From NCBI RefSeq assembly GCF_009914755.1, contig NC_060942.1: a stretch of 64,000 nt of DNA; one strand, written 5' to 3'. The DNA comes from the human T2T-CHM13v2.0 reference genome, Homo sapiens. The notes below the pieces were generated by a model, which was given only the letters and a program-made list of their open reading frames with translations, had not been told where the DNA came from and made no database searches. Each line of letters opens with the position of its first letter. The stretch's first letter is position 1. Of the stretch, positions 14,196 through 27,264 are shown piece after piece. The position numbers were made by a program, and so were the translations under genes.

Positions 14196-15089
14196 TATAT
14201 AGGTGAGAGTTTCATTTCAACGAATTATTTTCAAAAATATTCTTAACTATTTGACTGTTTTTCAAACTTCTTCACCTTGACCGAAAGTAGTTATGTTTGT
14301 TACTCTGTAAGCAAATTTTAAATAAAGTTTGTGTAAAACTGAAACAACTCTCAAAAACTAGTAATTACATTTCACAAAAGCAATGAAGGCGCTTTCTTTT
14401 AAATTTTATCCTAGTCTATTGAATTAAGATGCATGCTGGTCACAACCTGATTGTGACTTGCGGTGGTTTCATGACTTTCTAATATAGGTTGCAATTCACA
14501 GTTTGAAAAACACTGCAGTTAAAATTTATAGGAAAAAAATAGAAAATTAAGACTATTCACTTATTTCTGAGAAATATTTTATAGGATTAAGTCTAGAACT
14601 CTCCACGGGGGCTTTTACTCTCAATAAATTTCCTCATTTCTTGAGAAATTGTCATCTTATTTGCAGATTTTCTTAGAAAACCAATCCTAACGACTTAATC
14701 CAATTGTACTTTTGGACCTAGAAACATACTAAGAGACAGGCAAGTTCACTATTAAGATTACCCCACACAGTGCAGACTTCCTAGCATCCCTAAGCCTCAA
14801 CCTTAGCCAACAGCCCCTCCCCATCACCATGACAACCAAAAATACCCTCCAAATAACCCATAAAAGGACACTTCCATCTTTAGCAACCTCTGCCACAGAA
14901 GAACCTTCTGTATCTGGGAGAATGTACCTCTACTCTGCCTATAATTGGACAGAAGCAATGTATGGAGGTCCAGCCCTCTACTCCGGGTGATGGCCAACTA
15001 TTCTTTTCAGAATCACAAGTAAAGAAATGAACTAGTTTCTCCTCTACCCCCTGTCCATCATCTCTTTGAAACAGAAGTGAACAACTTAC

Positions 15090-15219
15090 TTCTACTGTGC
15101 CATCCAAAATGTTATTAATAAACTGGACCATGTCTTCAACATTCTTAATCTGTCTATCTAGCAAGAAATATTGCTGGTTTGAAGTATTCAGTACAACTAC
15201 AGTTGGGACTGTCAATTCA
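15090..15219 (-). CDS. TMX3: TMX3 exon 14 (ELTVPTVVVLNTSNQQ...ILDGTVE)
   Basis: 130 nt, within ORF 14880..15269; ttttcag acceptor, gtaagt donor. Confidence 0.97.
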
Positions 15220-15289
15220 CTGAAAATATAAAAACAAATCAAAATATACATTAAACACAGCAATAGCAAGTATTCTGATATTCATTTAT

Positions 15290-15557
15290 ATCTCAGTAGC
15301 CATAATTATAGAAGCTATTTAACACATTTGTGCATATTTTATGGTAGAAAATGATCAAATAGACCTAGTATTTACGTGTATTTTATGCATTCATGACATA
15401 CCTTTTTAATTTGTTTGATATTTCTAGGATACGCAATTCATCTTTAAGTCTTTTCAAATTATCAAAAATCTCAAAAACATTTTATAACATATGTATTGAA
15501 AAAAATTCCTATGGGTGGTCTGCACAATTCAAACTTATGTTGTTCAACGGTCAACAG
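15290..15557. mobile_element. Tigger2-family DNA transposon end
   Basis: ttcaaacttatgttgttcaacggtcaac terminal inverted repeat-like end; tattttatgcattcatgacatacct. Confidence 0.7.
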
Positions 15558-16477
15558 TCCCTTTAATAATTGTATAGATACTTTTTTTCTCTTGATTCTT
15601 CATTATATCCTACATCTGGTACTTTAATCTTTGGCAAATCCTCTTAAGTTCTTACTGAAATGAGAGGGATAATAAATGAAGTAAGGTGATGCTACATTTC
15701 AAGATTTAGCTGAAGATGATGAATGTTACTTCAGATTTGTTAAGTTCACTCCCTTCCTCGCTCAGTGTTCTTACTTAGAAAATAGAAGACACCAAAATAA
15801 CCTAATACATTGCAATAACAAATGAAGGCATTTGCTACATCTATGATACTAAGCAAAGCTAGAGAAAACCAAAGCACAGCATCATGTTGTTGAGCTTCCA
15901 CTGGGCCCTCAATGAGGCTAAGAGTTAGTGTGTCTCTAGTGAGATTTCCCCATCTTCATTTAGAGACTAGCTTATCTCTCTAGCACTCTCCTAAGCCCAG
16001 TTTTCCTACTACCTGTCATACTTGCTATTATGTTCTGCCTGAAATACTATCCCTGTGTTCTTCATTCAGCTAACTTCTCACTCTTTAGACGTTTTCTTAA
16101 TTATTGCCTCTTCCGGAAAATGTTTCCTGAGCCCTTCCACCTTAGTGTGCACTGGGTGCAGGTGGCGGGGTGGGGAAGGTGAGGATGGGAAAGTATCTCT
16201 CTCCCAGCCCTGTCCTACATAGATCTTTTCATACAGTTCTGTAACTAACATCTGTGGTCTTATCCAGTGGACTGTAAGCATTTAAAGAAAGGGACTCTAT
16301 TCATTTTTCCATCAACGGTGTCTAATATAGTGTACAACATACAGTAAATACTCACTAAATGTTCACTGAATAGAGTGGCTTCTTGTTTCACATTTATTAA
16401 TTCAGTACAGGGTTTGGTAAATGTTTTCTAATATCAGTCTTGTGAAGTGGCAAATTAAATCTCTACATCATAATTTT

Positions 16478-16704
16478 AGATAAAAATTATTTTAAAACTA
16501 CATATTTTCCTACAAATTTAGTCTACTCAAATAAATTCTAGAACAATTCGTTTTTGAATGCTAAACATTTTCTATGTAATAGTCTTTATATAAATTTTAA
16601 ACAGATAAAAATTTTAAAATTGCATATTTTCTTACAAAGTTAGTCTATCCAATTCTAGAACAATTAGTTTTTGAATGCTAAACATTTTCTATTTAATAGT
16701 TATA
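16478..16704. repeat. Diverged direct tandem duplication, ~125-bp period
   Basis: aattctagaacaatt(c/a)gtttttgaatgctaaacattttctat occurs twice, in copies starting at 16478 and 16603. Confidence 0.9.
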
Positions 16705-17033
16705 TTGCCCATTAAAACAGAACTTCTCAAGGTATGCATTAAGTAGAAGCCATGAAATTTACACGTTTTGGAATAATGGCTTTTCAGAATACTAGAAAAC
16801 ATTAAATCAGGAGATAATTTTTTTTTTTTTTTACTATAGACCAATATTAAAGTCAGTTAAGTTCCAAATACAGAATTGGAAAACTAAAGTAAAATATTTA
16901 ATGGGAGAATATCTGCATCTGAATATGTCAACTGTTTGCTATTTTTCAGCTATTTAATCCTTCTACCTGTATCTCAGAAACAAATTTAAAAATTAATAGA
17001 TTTGACAGCAAAATCATTCAGCACTTTACTTAC

Positions 17034-17090
17034 TCCATCAGCAAGGTATTTATGTAGTCATTTCCATCCATGTGGCCAAACTGAAAATCC
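17034..17090 (-). CDS. TMX3: TMX3 exon 13 (DFQFGHMDGNDYINTLLM)
   Basis: 57 nt; ggttag acceptor, gtaagt donor. Confidence 0.96.
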
Positions 17091-17855
17091 CTAACCACCA
17101 CCAACCAAAAATAAATAAATAAAAGGAGAGGGGGTGGGGGGAGAGAGAGAGAGAAAGCTCATTAAATAGTAAAAAAGTAAATAAAACAATGAAGTTAAAT
17201 TCAGGCCTCAGTAGGCCCAGAAACTGTAAACATTTCACATGTAAATCATATACAATAAACACTGCTAAAAGTGTAAATTCTACTGGCTTCTGAGATACAA
17301 ATACACGAGTAGAGGAAATTCTAAGACATTTCTACTTGGTTTATGCATATTTAAAATTCAGGGAAATATCAGCTATTCTACCTGAAATATGTTTAAGAAA
17401 AATTCCTATTTTCTCTAAAAAAAGGAATAATCAGAAGACGCTACATACTATGTAAGAAAACTATACAATGACCCATCATTAGAAGATTCAGAATAGGAAA
17501 GAAATAATAATTCACTAATAAAATATATTTATATTGACTGTCTTTTTTTATGATAGCAACAATGATTCAGCATAAAGTAAAAATATATGTATTTCCGATG
17601 CCATTTTTTATTCAGTTATTCTTTTGAGTTTCTGTTAGAATAATTATCTGCCTATCTCTGACTTCTGATCAGTCATTTATGTCCAATTATAAGTACATGT
17701 GCATATTTTATTTACATAAAACGCATCTCAAATCCTATCAAGAAGCAGGTATGATACAAATTATAGATCAAAGTATCTCTTTTTTTAGCTTGCAGGACAT
17801 ACCATCAATGAATTTCAAGATCCAGACAATTCACGCTAAAATGCAATGTGCTATA

Positions 17856-18177
17856 CAGTAGTCCCCCCTTATCCATAGATTCACTTTCTGTGGTTTCAGT
17901 TCCCCATGGTCAACCATGGTCTGAAAATATTAAATGAAAAATTCCAAAAATAAACATATACATAATTTTTACTATACTGTATTGTTATAATTGTTCTATT
18001 TTATTATTAATTACTGTTGTTGATCTCTTACTGTACCTAATGTATAAATTAAACTTTATCATAAGTATGTAGGTACAGACAAAATTATAGTATATGTAGC
18101 ATTCCATTCTATGCTAAGTTTCAGTCACCCACTGGGGGTCTTGGAATGTATCTCCTGTGGATAAGCGAGGATTACTG
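17856..18177. mobile_element. MER44/Tigger7-type MITE
   Basis: Terminal inverted repeats cagtagtcccccttatcc ... ggataagcgaggattactg, with a TA target on the left. Confidence 0.85.
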
Positions 18178-18298
18178 TTATTTAACTTCATTTCTTTGAT
18201 TCACCTCTAAAAGCATGAATACTACTAAGTTTGCTTTACTAAATTACAAAATGGTATTAAACAAAAATAAAGGAATCTCTCAGAATATAAGCACCTAC

Positions 18299-18352
18299 CT
18301 ATGGAAGAGGTCTCTGTAATCTCTTGCAACTTCCTGAATAATTGACTTCAAT
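18299..18352 (-). CDS. TMX3: TMX3 exon 12 (LKSIIQEVARDYRDLFH)
   Basis: 54 nt; ctacag acceptor, gtaggt donor. Confidence 0.96.
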   Translation of the reverse strand: MEVNYSGSCKRLQRPLP

Positions 18353-18536
18353 CTGTAGAAGAACAAACATATGAATAGTTCATCTCTGCACTTGAAAAAC
18401 ATAATTTTTCAATGATAGTATCTGCTGTCTTACATCTAATTGCTGCAGGAAAAGTAAGATACCATATCAAGTCTATCTAAAGCCATATAGTCTGAAATGA
18501 ACATTTGAAGCTTAAAACTATATCAAGGCATTATAC

Positions 18537-18594
18537 CTGGTATGTTCAACTGATGTATTTTTCTCATCAATAACTGCAAGAGCCACAAGCTTTC
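18537..18594 (-). CDS. TMX3: TMX3 exon 11 (KLVALAVIDEKNTSVEHT; N-glycosylation sequon NTS)
   Basis: 58 nt; tttcag acceptor, gtataa donor. Confidence 0.96.
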
Positions 18595-19704
18595 CTGAAA
18601 TAAAGAATGACACATCTGAATTCAATCACCCTTATTACACAAACTGTTCAATTATCACTTTAGTTCTGAGTAGGAAATTAGTAAAGTATTTCTAGAATTT
18701 AATTCCAATCACCCTACATGTTATATCAAATTAAATCAACACATTACGGTATATGTTTGTAGAGTCAATCAGTGAATTAGTCAACTCCAGTGACAAATTC
18801 CCTTCCACGTCCCACCCCAAAATATAAATAAGAGTAAATATGTAATAATTTATACACTTAAATAGTATTTTTTATACCAACTTACAAGCTTGAATTGTAT
18901 TTTTTCCTTACACCCTACAAATTGGCTAAGATAACTATTTTTTCAAAGGCTAAAAGCACAGGAAATAAGTTGATTAAAAGCAAGTTTGCTAAGAATTACT
19001 GTAGCTCTAAAACAATGGTCTAGAAGAATAAGAAAATGGTTTTTACATGGCCGTTGACTTTGGTACCATGGTTCAGTACTTGCCAGTTATAATATGCAGA
19101 ATTAAACTGACTCACATTTACTTAACCCTAAATACAACATAAAGCATATGTATCCTGATATCTTCTAGGAAGCTGGCATGATGTAATAACCAGAAGAGTG
19201 GTGTTAGAATCAGAACGCCAAACACTGCCATCAAGCAGTGTCTATCATGTTCTAGGCACCATACCAAGCCACAGGGGAACAGGGAAGTGCCTCAGTAAAC
19301 TTCAACTTATTTCCAAAAACTAATATATATTTCATAGAGTTATTGGGAGAGTTAAGTAAGATTAGATGCCCAGAAATATGGGCATAAACCTGGCTCAGAG
19401 CAGGTACATACATGTAGGATTAAATCCATAATCTTTCAGTATTATCCCTGCATTTTAATGCTGCTTCTAATTCCATACTGCTTAAACACCTGTCTAAATT
19501 CTACACAACCTTCAGTCTTCTAACTCTCTGATGAAAACAGTTCACAATGACATCTACCTTCCTGAAATATCTCGTTTGCTATTCTTTTTTTGTATTATAT
19601 GCTTCTTTAATTTTCAAATGGTTCGTGAGTTTTTTTCAAAATGTCTACAACATGCAGAGCATTCTCCCATAGACCAACAGGATTCTGAGAAACACAGACA
19701 CAGT

Positions 19705-20210
19705 TTCTCACATTTATTAATTCAACAATTATTGAGTGTCAAATAATGTACCACACACTGGGCTGGTTCCGAGGACATGGTGATGAGCAAACACAGACAA
19801 GGCTCTGCGCTTGTGAAAGCACAACACAATAGAACTGGTAGACATTTTCATCAAATAAATGTCCCATTAAAAATAAGAATATGCTGCTATAAAAAAAATT
19901 ACAGCATAAATTAATGTAGTCTGACGAGGTCAGTGAAGATTTTCCTAAGGAAGCAGTATTTGGTCTGAGTTTGATGGATGAATACGAATTAACTGAGTAT
20001 TTCCAAGCAAAGAAAAAAGTATGTAAAAACGTGCTTTGGTGCAATTGGCATAGCCTTTTCAAGAAACTGGTATCAAGCAAACTTGGGTAAAAATGATAAA
20101 ATAATAGTAATAACAATAAAAGAAACTAAAAGGTTAGTGTGGCTCAAGAAGGAAGAGTGTGAGGCTAGAGTGAAATGAGGCTGGAGGTGTAGGCAAGAGT
20201 TAGAACTTCT
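19705..20210 (-). mobile_element. L2 fragment
   Basis: catttattaattcaacaattattgagtg...aggtcagtgaagattttcctaaggaagcag. Confidence 0.65.
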
Positions 20211-20536
20211 GAGAAAAGACATGAGGTGTCTGAAGCCGCACAGCGTCAGGAGGCTGCTATGGTGCTAGCATCAGGGGACAGGTGGGGGTGAAGGGCAGGG
20301 GCACGACCACAGCTGATGCCTAACAGGGGCAATTATGTCAGACACATAAAATAACACTGCCACAGCACACTTCTGTTTCCAAATTCATCTGGGAAAAGAT
20401 GTGTTCAGTTGAGCCAAAGCCACCTGTTTTAATCACCTCAAGGTCATGCTATTTCCTATGATTACTATACAAAGCAAGACTACTATATTCCTACATTTCC
20501 CCCTCTTCCTTTCATGTGAGTCTGAAAGAATCAAAA

Positions 20537-20943
<407 letters not shown>

Positions 20944-21775
20944 TTAAAAGCAAGCTCAGGAACAGAACAGAAATATCCCCCAAAACGTTACAAACAGGAG
21001 AACATGTAAGAATGTCTCTAATTTTTATTAATTAGATTTAAGAGTAGGCAATCATGAAGAGGAAACCCTATGCCTATTACTTACATTAAAAAAAAATAAG
21101 TCTTGAATAAAATGTTCTCATTGTTTTACTCAAAAGCTATACTTCCATCCTACTTATCATAAAGCTATTAATGGAAACAAATGTGGCACCAATAACCAAT
21201 ATTTCTCATTTCTAATTTGCTATAAATTTATAAAACACTTTCTCCTAAAACTTACAGTTAGCTTCTTATTTTTATAGTTTGCATCTGAGACCATATAATC
21301 GGCTTCTTACAGCTTTCATTTTTGTATTCGTGTTTGTGTTTGCGTTGCCTGTCATTTCCAACAGCGTAACTTGAAGAAACCATGCCAATTTAACTTACAT
21401 TTTTCCCTTTCACAGGTAAAAGCAGGCCTTATAAATAGGTTGTGCTAAGTTTTATTTTAACTCCTATTACAAAATCAGTTCTGAGTACAGCTTCTTAGTT
21501 GGTTATTTTTCTCACTCTCTTATTACCCAGGCTTTTTGTTTTCCTTATCACCATCAGTTCTATTAGTAAACCATCTCTTTAATCACTGACCCACATGCAA
21601 AGGTATATCTTCTGGTAATATCAGTTTACATTCTCGTAAAGAACTGGCATTCAGATCTAAAATAAAAAATTAAGTTGAGAAATAGAGCTTAAATTCATTT
21701 CCTACAAAATAAGATTTTTAAATAATCAAAGAAAAATCATGTAACATAATGGAGACTTGTACATATGCTTGTTAC

Positions 21776-21874
21776 CTGTGTCTCCAAGTTCATACAAGAG
21801 GAAGCCATCCATAGCAAGGTAATTCTGAAACCTTTCCCTGTTGATCCATGATGACAGATCACCATCTTCATACT
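21776..21874 (-). CDS. TMX3: TMX3 exon 10 (YEDGDLSSWINRERFQNYLAMDGFLLYELGDT)
   Basis: 99 nt; AG/gtaaca boundaries. Confidence 0.97.
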
Positions 21875-22927
21875 CTTAAAACCAAGACAAAGTTGACAAA
21901 TTACAGTATAAATATGAATTTAAGAGTTATAATAGCTTTAATCTGATAATAGGTATAAAACGCCTGACAGAGAATCATACTTCCATAAATATTGTTTTTA
22001 GGAATTTATTGCAAGCATACAATCAAATGTACAGAAGGATTAATGCACAAAGCAATCTTCATTATAGCATCATTAAAAATAGCATAAAAATAATTAAAAA
22101 TAAAGGAAATAATCAAAATATCCTAAATTGGAAATAATTTAAATAAATTTTGGTATATGTCGATAAAGATCATTTATAAATTTTCAAAAAAACTTATAAT
22201 TGAACAGATTACAAAACAATACAGGTTACAATACAATACATAACAGCATAACTGTAACTTCGTAAAAGAAAGTATGAAAAGATAAACTCATAGAATGATA
22301 AAATGAAGTCAGTTATTCCTAAATGGTTTCCCTGAATCAATGGTTATACTTGGGTCATGGCACTACAGGTAATTTTTATTACAATTTCTTTGCTCTCCTC
22401 TCTTTATGATAGTCTTCCTAGTTTACAACTCTTTCTCAAAGGTACAACTAACACAAACACATATAAAATCATAGTACCTTAGCTTTTTTCCAATATAAAA
22501 TAATTCCTCTGCTAAGCAGATAGAAAATATAATATCTAAGAGAAATATTACATCCTAATTAGAAATGTAATTCTCAAGTAATTGTTCAAAATTATTACAA
22601 TTGCATAAAAAAGGTGGTGATGTAAAGCAAATGTCTATAAAAGCCTACCAATACATCTGGTTGAAGAATGGATTTTAATGACCTCTTCAAAGGTATGCTT
22701 TTTCTTGCATTGCTAAACAAAACATTTTCAAGTTATCAAACCCATAAAATAAGTGATGCAATGCAAATCTCAAAGAATTTATTGATTTAAATTTATAAAT
22801 TAGGAAAATAAACATAAAACTAGAAATTGATTACTGGGCCACAATGTCCACTGCATGCTAAAAGCAAATTTTCTACGAGATTGCATACAGTGATCAATTT
22901 GAATTTCATTCGAAAATAAACTATCCC

Positions 22928-23172
22928 AAATATCGCAAGTTCTCATTTATAAGTGGGCGGTAAACATTGGGTACATACGGACATAAAGATGGGAATAACA
23001 GACACTAGGGAGATGGGGAGGAGGACAAGGGCTAAAAAAACTACCTGTTGGGTACTATGCTTATTACCTGGGTGACGGGATCATTTGTACCCCAAACCTC
23101 AGCATCATCCAATACACCCATGTAACAAACCTGCACATGTAGACTCTGAATCTAAAATAAAAGCTGAAATTA
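22928..23172 (+). mobile_element. L1PB-like 3'UTR fragment
   Basis: ttctcatttataagtggg...ccccaaacctcagcatc...ctgaatctaaaataaaag. Confidence 0.85.
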
Positions 23173-25403
23173 TATATGTAAGAAAGGAAATATACTCCCA
23201 AGTCCCTATTCCAATGCTTCTAAACATTAGCAACAATTAAATATTTAAATAAGGATTCAAAGTAAAGCCTTTGCTTTGTCTGAATGTTTCAGGCAGGTTC
23301 TAAATACTACTGCAGGTTAGAGAAATGGGGCCTTTACAATACCTACAGAAACTTAACATATCATATTCCTGTCTTCCTTAAGCGTGGGAGAATGTATCTG
23401 AAACACTGAGCTATAACAGGGGGATGCTTTCCTAGGCAGGCTCAAAAACCTGATATCTGTTTATATTTAAATATGTTTATATTTAAACAGATATGATCAG
23501 TGTTTTTTTTTTTTTAAAGGAAGAAACAAAGTGCCTCTCTGAATTGCTAAGAAACACATAGTGGAATAAGAACATGAGATTTGAAGACTGAATTTTGATA
23601 TCATTGATTATTTTATCGTGGAAAAAAAATCTCTTTAATCCTGTTTCTTTATCTGTAAAATGGTAAGAATAGTGATTTTAAGGGAATGTTGTAATGATCA
23701 AATATAAGATCACATACATTAAGTACTTATTATATGAGGAGTACTGCAAGCAAAGAGCAGGTGAATAGACTAGGTGTGGCTACAAATTATTTTCCTTCTC
23801 ATATTTTCAAATACACAAGTTTCTCTGAAGTTCTTTTATAAGCCCAACGTCTAATACAGACATTCAATAAACATCCAATTAATGGATGGCTGAATAAGCA
23901 TATGATAAACCTGCTATTTAATTACACACCTGTCTCCTTATCTAACATTCTTAGCTATATCCTTTGTAATCCTGGGGTATTAATCTATCTGCCTTATTAC
24001 CTACCTCACAGATTACTTTGTAAATAAAATGAAAATGTCAAGTATGTAGATAGTACCTTTTATATGACAGCATAAGTGTGTAGTTATTATCTATAGAAAC
24101 AAATAAAATTCAGCTCTCACATTTATTTAAAGACAATAAAAATCAGAAATGTAGTCTTATGACTGTCAAAACAATTAAAATGCTACTTATAATAAAACAA
24201 ATTGTTCCTTTTTATTGAAAAGTCTTCTACTCATTTGAATTATTTCAGCAATTAAAACTCTACTGCTCTCATCTAGTCCTAGGTTCCTTTCTGTCACATA
24301 GAATTCAGTAAGAAAAACACATTCTAGAATATTTCTGAATGAATGGGTGTTCCCTATCTGGCCTCCAACATGGTAACCACAAGCCACAGGAGCCCACCGA
24401 GCACTGAAACACAGTTCGTGAGAACAAGAAATTGAACTTTAAATTTTATTGAATTAGAATTTAGAATGTTAGCAGGAATGCTATCAGCTGAGTCTGCATT
24501 CACTTTTGCTTTTGAGTGGCTTTGTGGTGGCCTACAGATGTCGAGTTTCACTGCTTCCCTTGAAATTTAAAATATCCCCTGTAGCCCCTGTGAGTTTGCT
24601 GCACTGCCCTAGGTCAGAGCACGGTTTGGAAAACACGAAAGTAGGTATTTCAAAATACCAAGGAATGATGTCAGTTGTTGTAGCTGCATGTGGTTTATCT
24701 AAAAATAAAAAGTCTACATTTTGTAAAGAGATGCGTAATATAAAGCACATGGTGATGAAATGCCATTACAATTTGCTTTAAAGTACTTCAGCAAATTGAA
24801 AGTTGAAGTTGGAGCAAATGTCATGATGGGCAAAGATCTTCGTAAGTGTTTAACTTCGGTGATGGGTATGTAGGGCTTTACCATTCTCTTTACTACGATG
24901 TATGTTTGATATTACAATTACAATATTTTAAAAACAGACCAAGCATTATGCGTCAATGAAGAAATGCTGAATAGCAGGTAAGCAGTCATTTCTAACAGCT
25001 AAGGGGAAATGCCATTAGGGAGGGATACACAGGGGCTTCAACACTATTGAACACGTGTTATTTCTTCAAGTCTTTTTCTGTATCTGAAATGTTACTTCAA
25101 AAAAATGAATTCTGAACATTTTAAAGTAATGTATAAAAATCACATAGAATTTATTCCTCAAAAACGCATATAATTTAACAAACAACAACAAAAAGAATGT
25201 TGTGTAGGTAAAGCTCAGAATAAAAATAACTAACAATTATAAGTTGAAGGGTGAAAAAAAACCCAAAACATCAGGCATTCAAGTCATGAGAACTGTTATT
25301 CTCATTGAACAGTAGAAGCATTTACATAATCTTTACACCTAAGTTGTATAACAGACATTTTAATTTTAAAATGTTTTACATGAGTTAAAGATTTGGAACT
25401 TAC

Positions 25404-25470
25404 CATCATAAACAAAGTAAGTTTCATCTTTGAAAACAAGCACAGCTGGCATCTCTTTTAGTGTCACATA
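25404..25470 (-). CDS. TMX3: TMX3 exon 9 (YVTLKEMPAVLVFKDETYFVYD)
   Basis: 67 nt; ttttttgcag acceptor, gtaagt donor. Confidence 0.97.
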
Positions 25471-25734
25471 CTGCAAAAAATCAGAAGTTTAAATAACTTT
25501 TATCACTAAAAAATTCTAATTAGTAACTATAATTTCAAAAGTCTTGAGATACCAGAAAACTCAAACACACATAAAAATAACAAAAAAGAATGTCACAAAC
25601 AGTTAAAGAGTACAGTCAATCCCAAACTCATCCAAGAAGTATATCTGAATCTTTTTATATATCCCCTTGTACAATGTCCTGTTTGCTATAGTAAAAACCA
25701 TGGATTATTCTTACCTGATAACAGACTTAAACAT

Positions 25735-25925
25735 CAACCAGCCTATTCAGGTTTAAGTCCTTCCCCACCACTCACTGGCTGTGTGATAATGAGCCACTTT
25801 ACCTAGGGGAGTCTGCTTCCTCATCTGTGGAATAAAGACACTGAGACTGCCTATCTCACAGAACAATTAGGAGAGTTATGTCAGATACCATAACTGAGAG
25901 CACTGCTTAAACTGTAAACTGCTTT
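25735..25925. mobile_element. MIR
   Basis: ccactcactggctgtgtga...cttcctcatctgtggaataaag...ctatctcacag. Confidence 0.65.
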
Positions 25926-27264
25926 ATAAGCCACTTACAGTAGTAATAAGGGATCATTCAGAAAGTACCAGCTGCTTATAGCTGAGCTGTACTTACTTTG
26001 AGAGAAAAATTATACTAGAAAACAAATATCAGAAGACAAATAATTTGAGTAAGCCACAAAGAATTATTACATGAGCATGTTAATACTGAAAATAATGACA
26101 AATAAGTAAATGAGTAGATAATGAAGTAAAATAACAATAAAATAAAGACAGTTATCCTGGAAAAATTAAAAAGGGAGGGAGGCACATCTCAGGGGAGAGA
26201 AAATAATACAGAATTATTTGGTTACATTACTATTAAAAAATGATATAGCACTATGAAAATAACAATTTTAAGGGCAGTGCAAGAGCTCTTAGGTAAGGCT
26301 CTAATCAAGCATGCTCCATTCACCTGCTCTTGGCAACTCATCCACACAGATGCTTGGGAAGTATTTTTCAACATTCAGCACCTCCCTCTTTCATCAATAT
26401 CCCTGAATAGTTCTTACTAGAACACAAATGATACAGTCTCAAATCTTGCAGCCATCTAGTCTCACATATTCTGAAGCTCTCTTCCTCTCCCGTGTGTTTT
26501 TTTCAACCATCTTCTATTACTGTTACAGTCTGCATGTCAATCTCCTTCATTCATCTGTAACTATTCTGAAGTCAGAAATTGTCTGAATTCATCCTTGTAC
26601 CCCCTTACTGCATCTCCTGGGGTTTTCATAAATACCCGTTGTAAAGCTAATGAAGCTCTGAAGGACAAACATTAATATTCAAAATATGGGAAGACCACAA
26701 AATTATGGGCTTTGCACTTATTTGAGAATCATCTATGGGAGTAAAACTCCTCATATTATTGTGAAGTAACTATTATTTCCCCTAGCAGACTTTTCCAAAT
26801 ACATCCTTAAAACTAAAAAAGAGAGATGACAAATATTACTATTTTCAGGAATAAAGAATGCCTAAACAAACTAGCTGAGAAGCCCAATTAAAAAAATAAT
26901 AGAAGTAATACACAAATACTAAATATGCTCATGTAACAGATGCTACATATATGCCCACCCAGGCCCTCTGGGTTCTAGGGATTTTGGCCTAAGACACCCC
27001 CATTGTTATATGAGGATTAAGATGGTGTCAAATGGTGCCAGCACCTAGAACACAGCAAACCCTCTGGTGCACTCCAAGTGCCAACTGCTTGCAAAGCTTT
27101 GTAGATGAGGGCTTAGCATAAATTCTCATCTCTGATACAAAAATGTGGCTCACTGGACTTGGGAGACAAAAATGTATAAGAAGTTCAGATTCTAGTCCAT
27201 TTTAATCCTTTATGTTACATTAAGGCAATCCAGAAAAACCTTTTGGGAATGCTGTCAGAGACTC

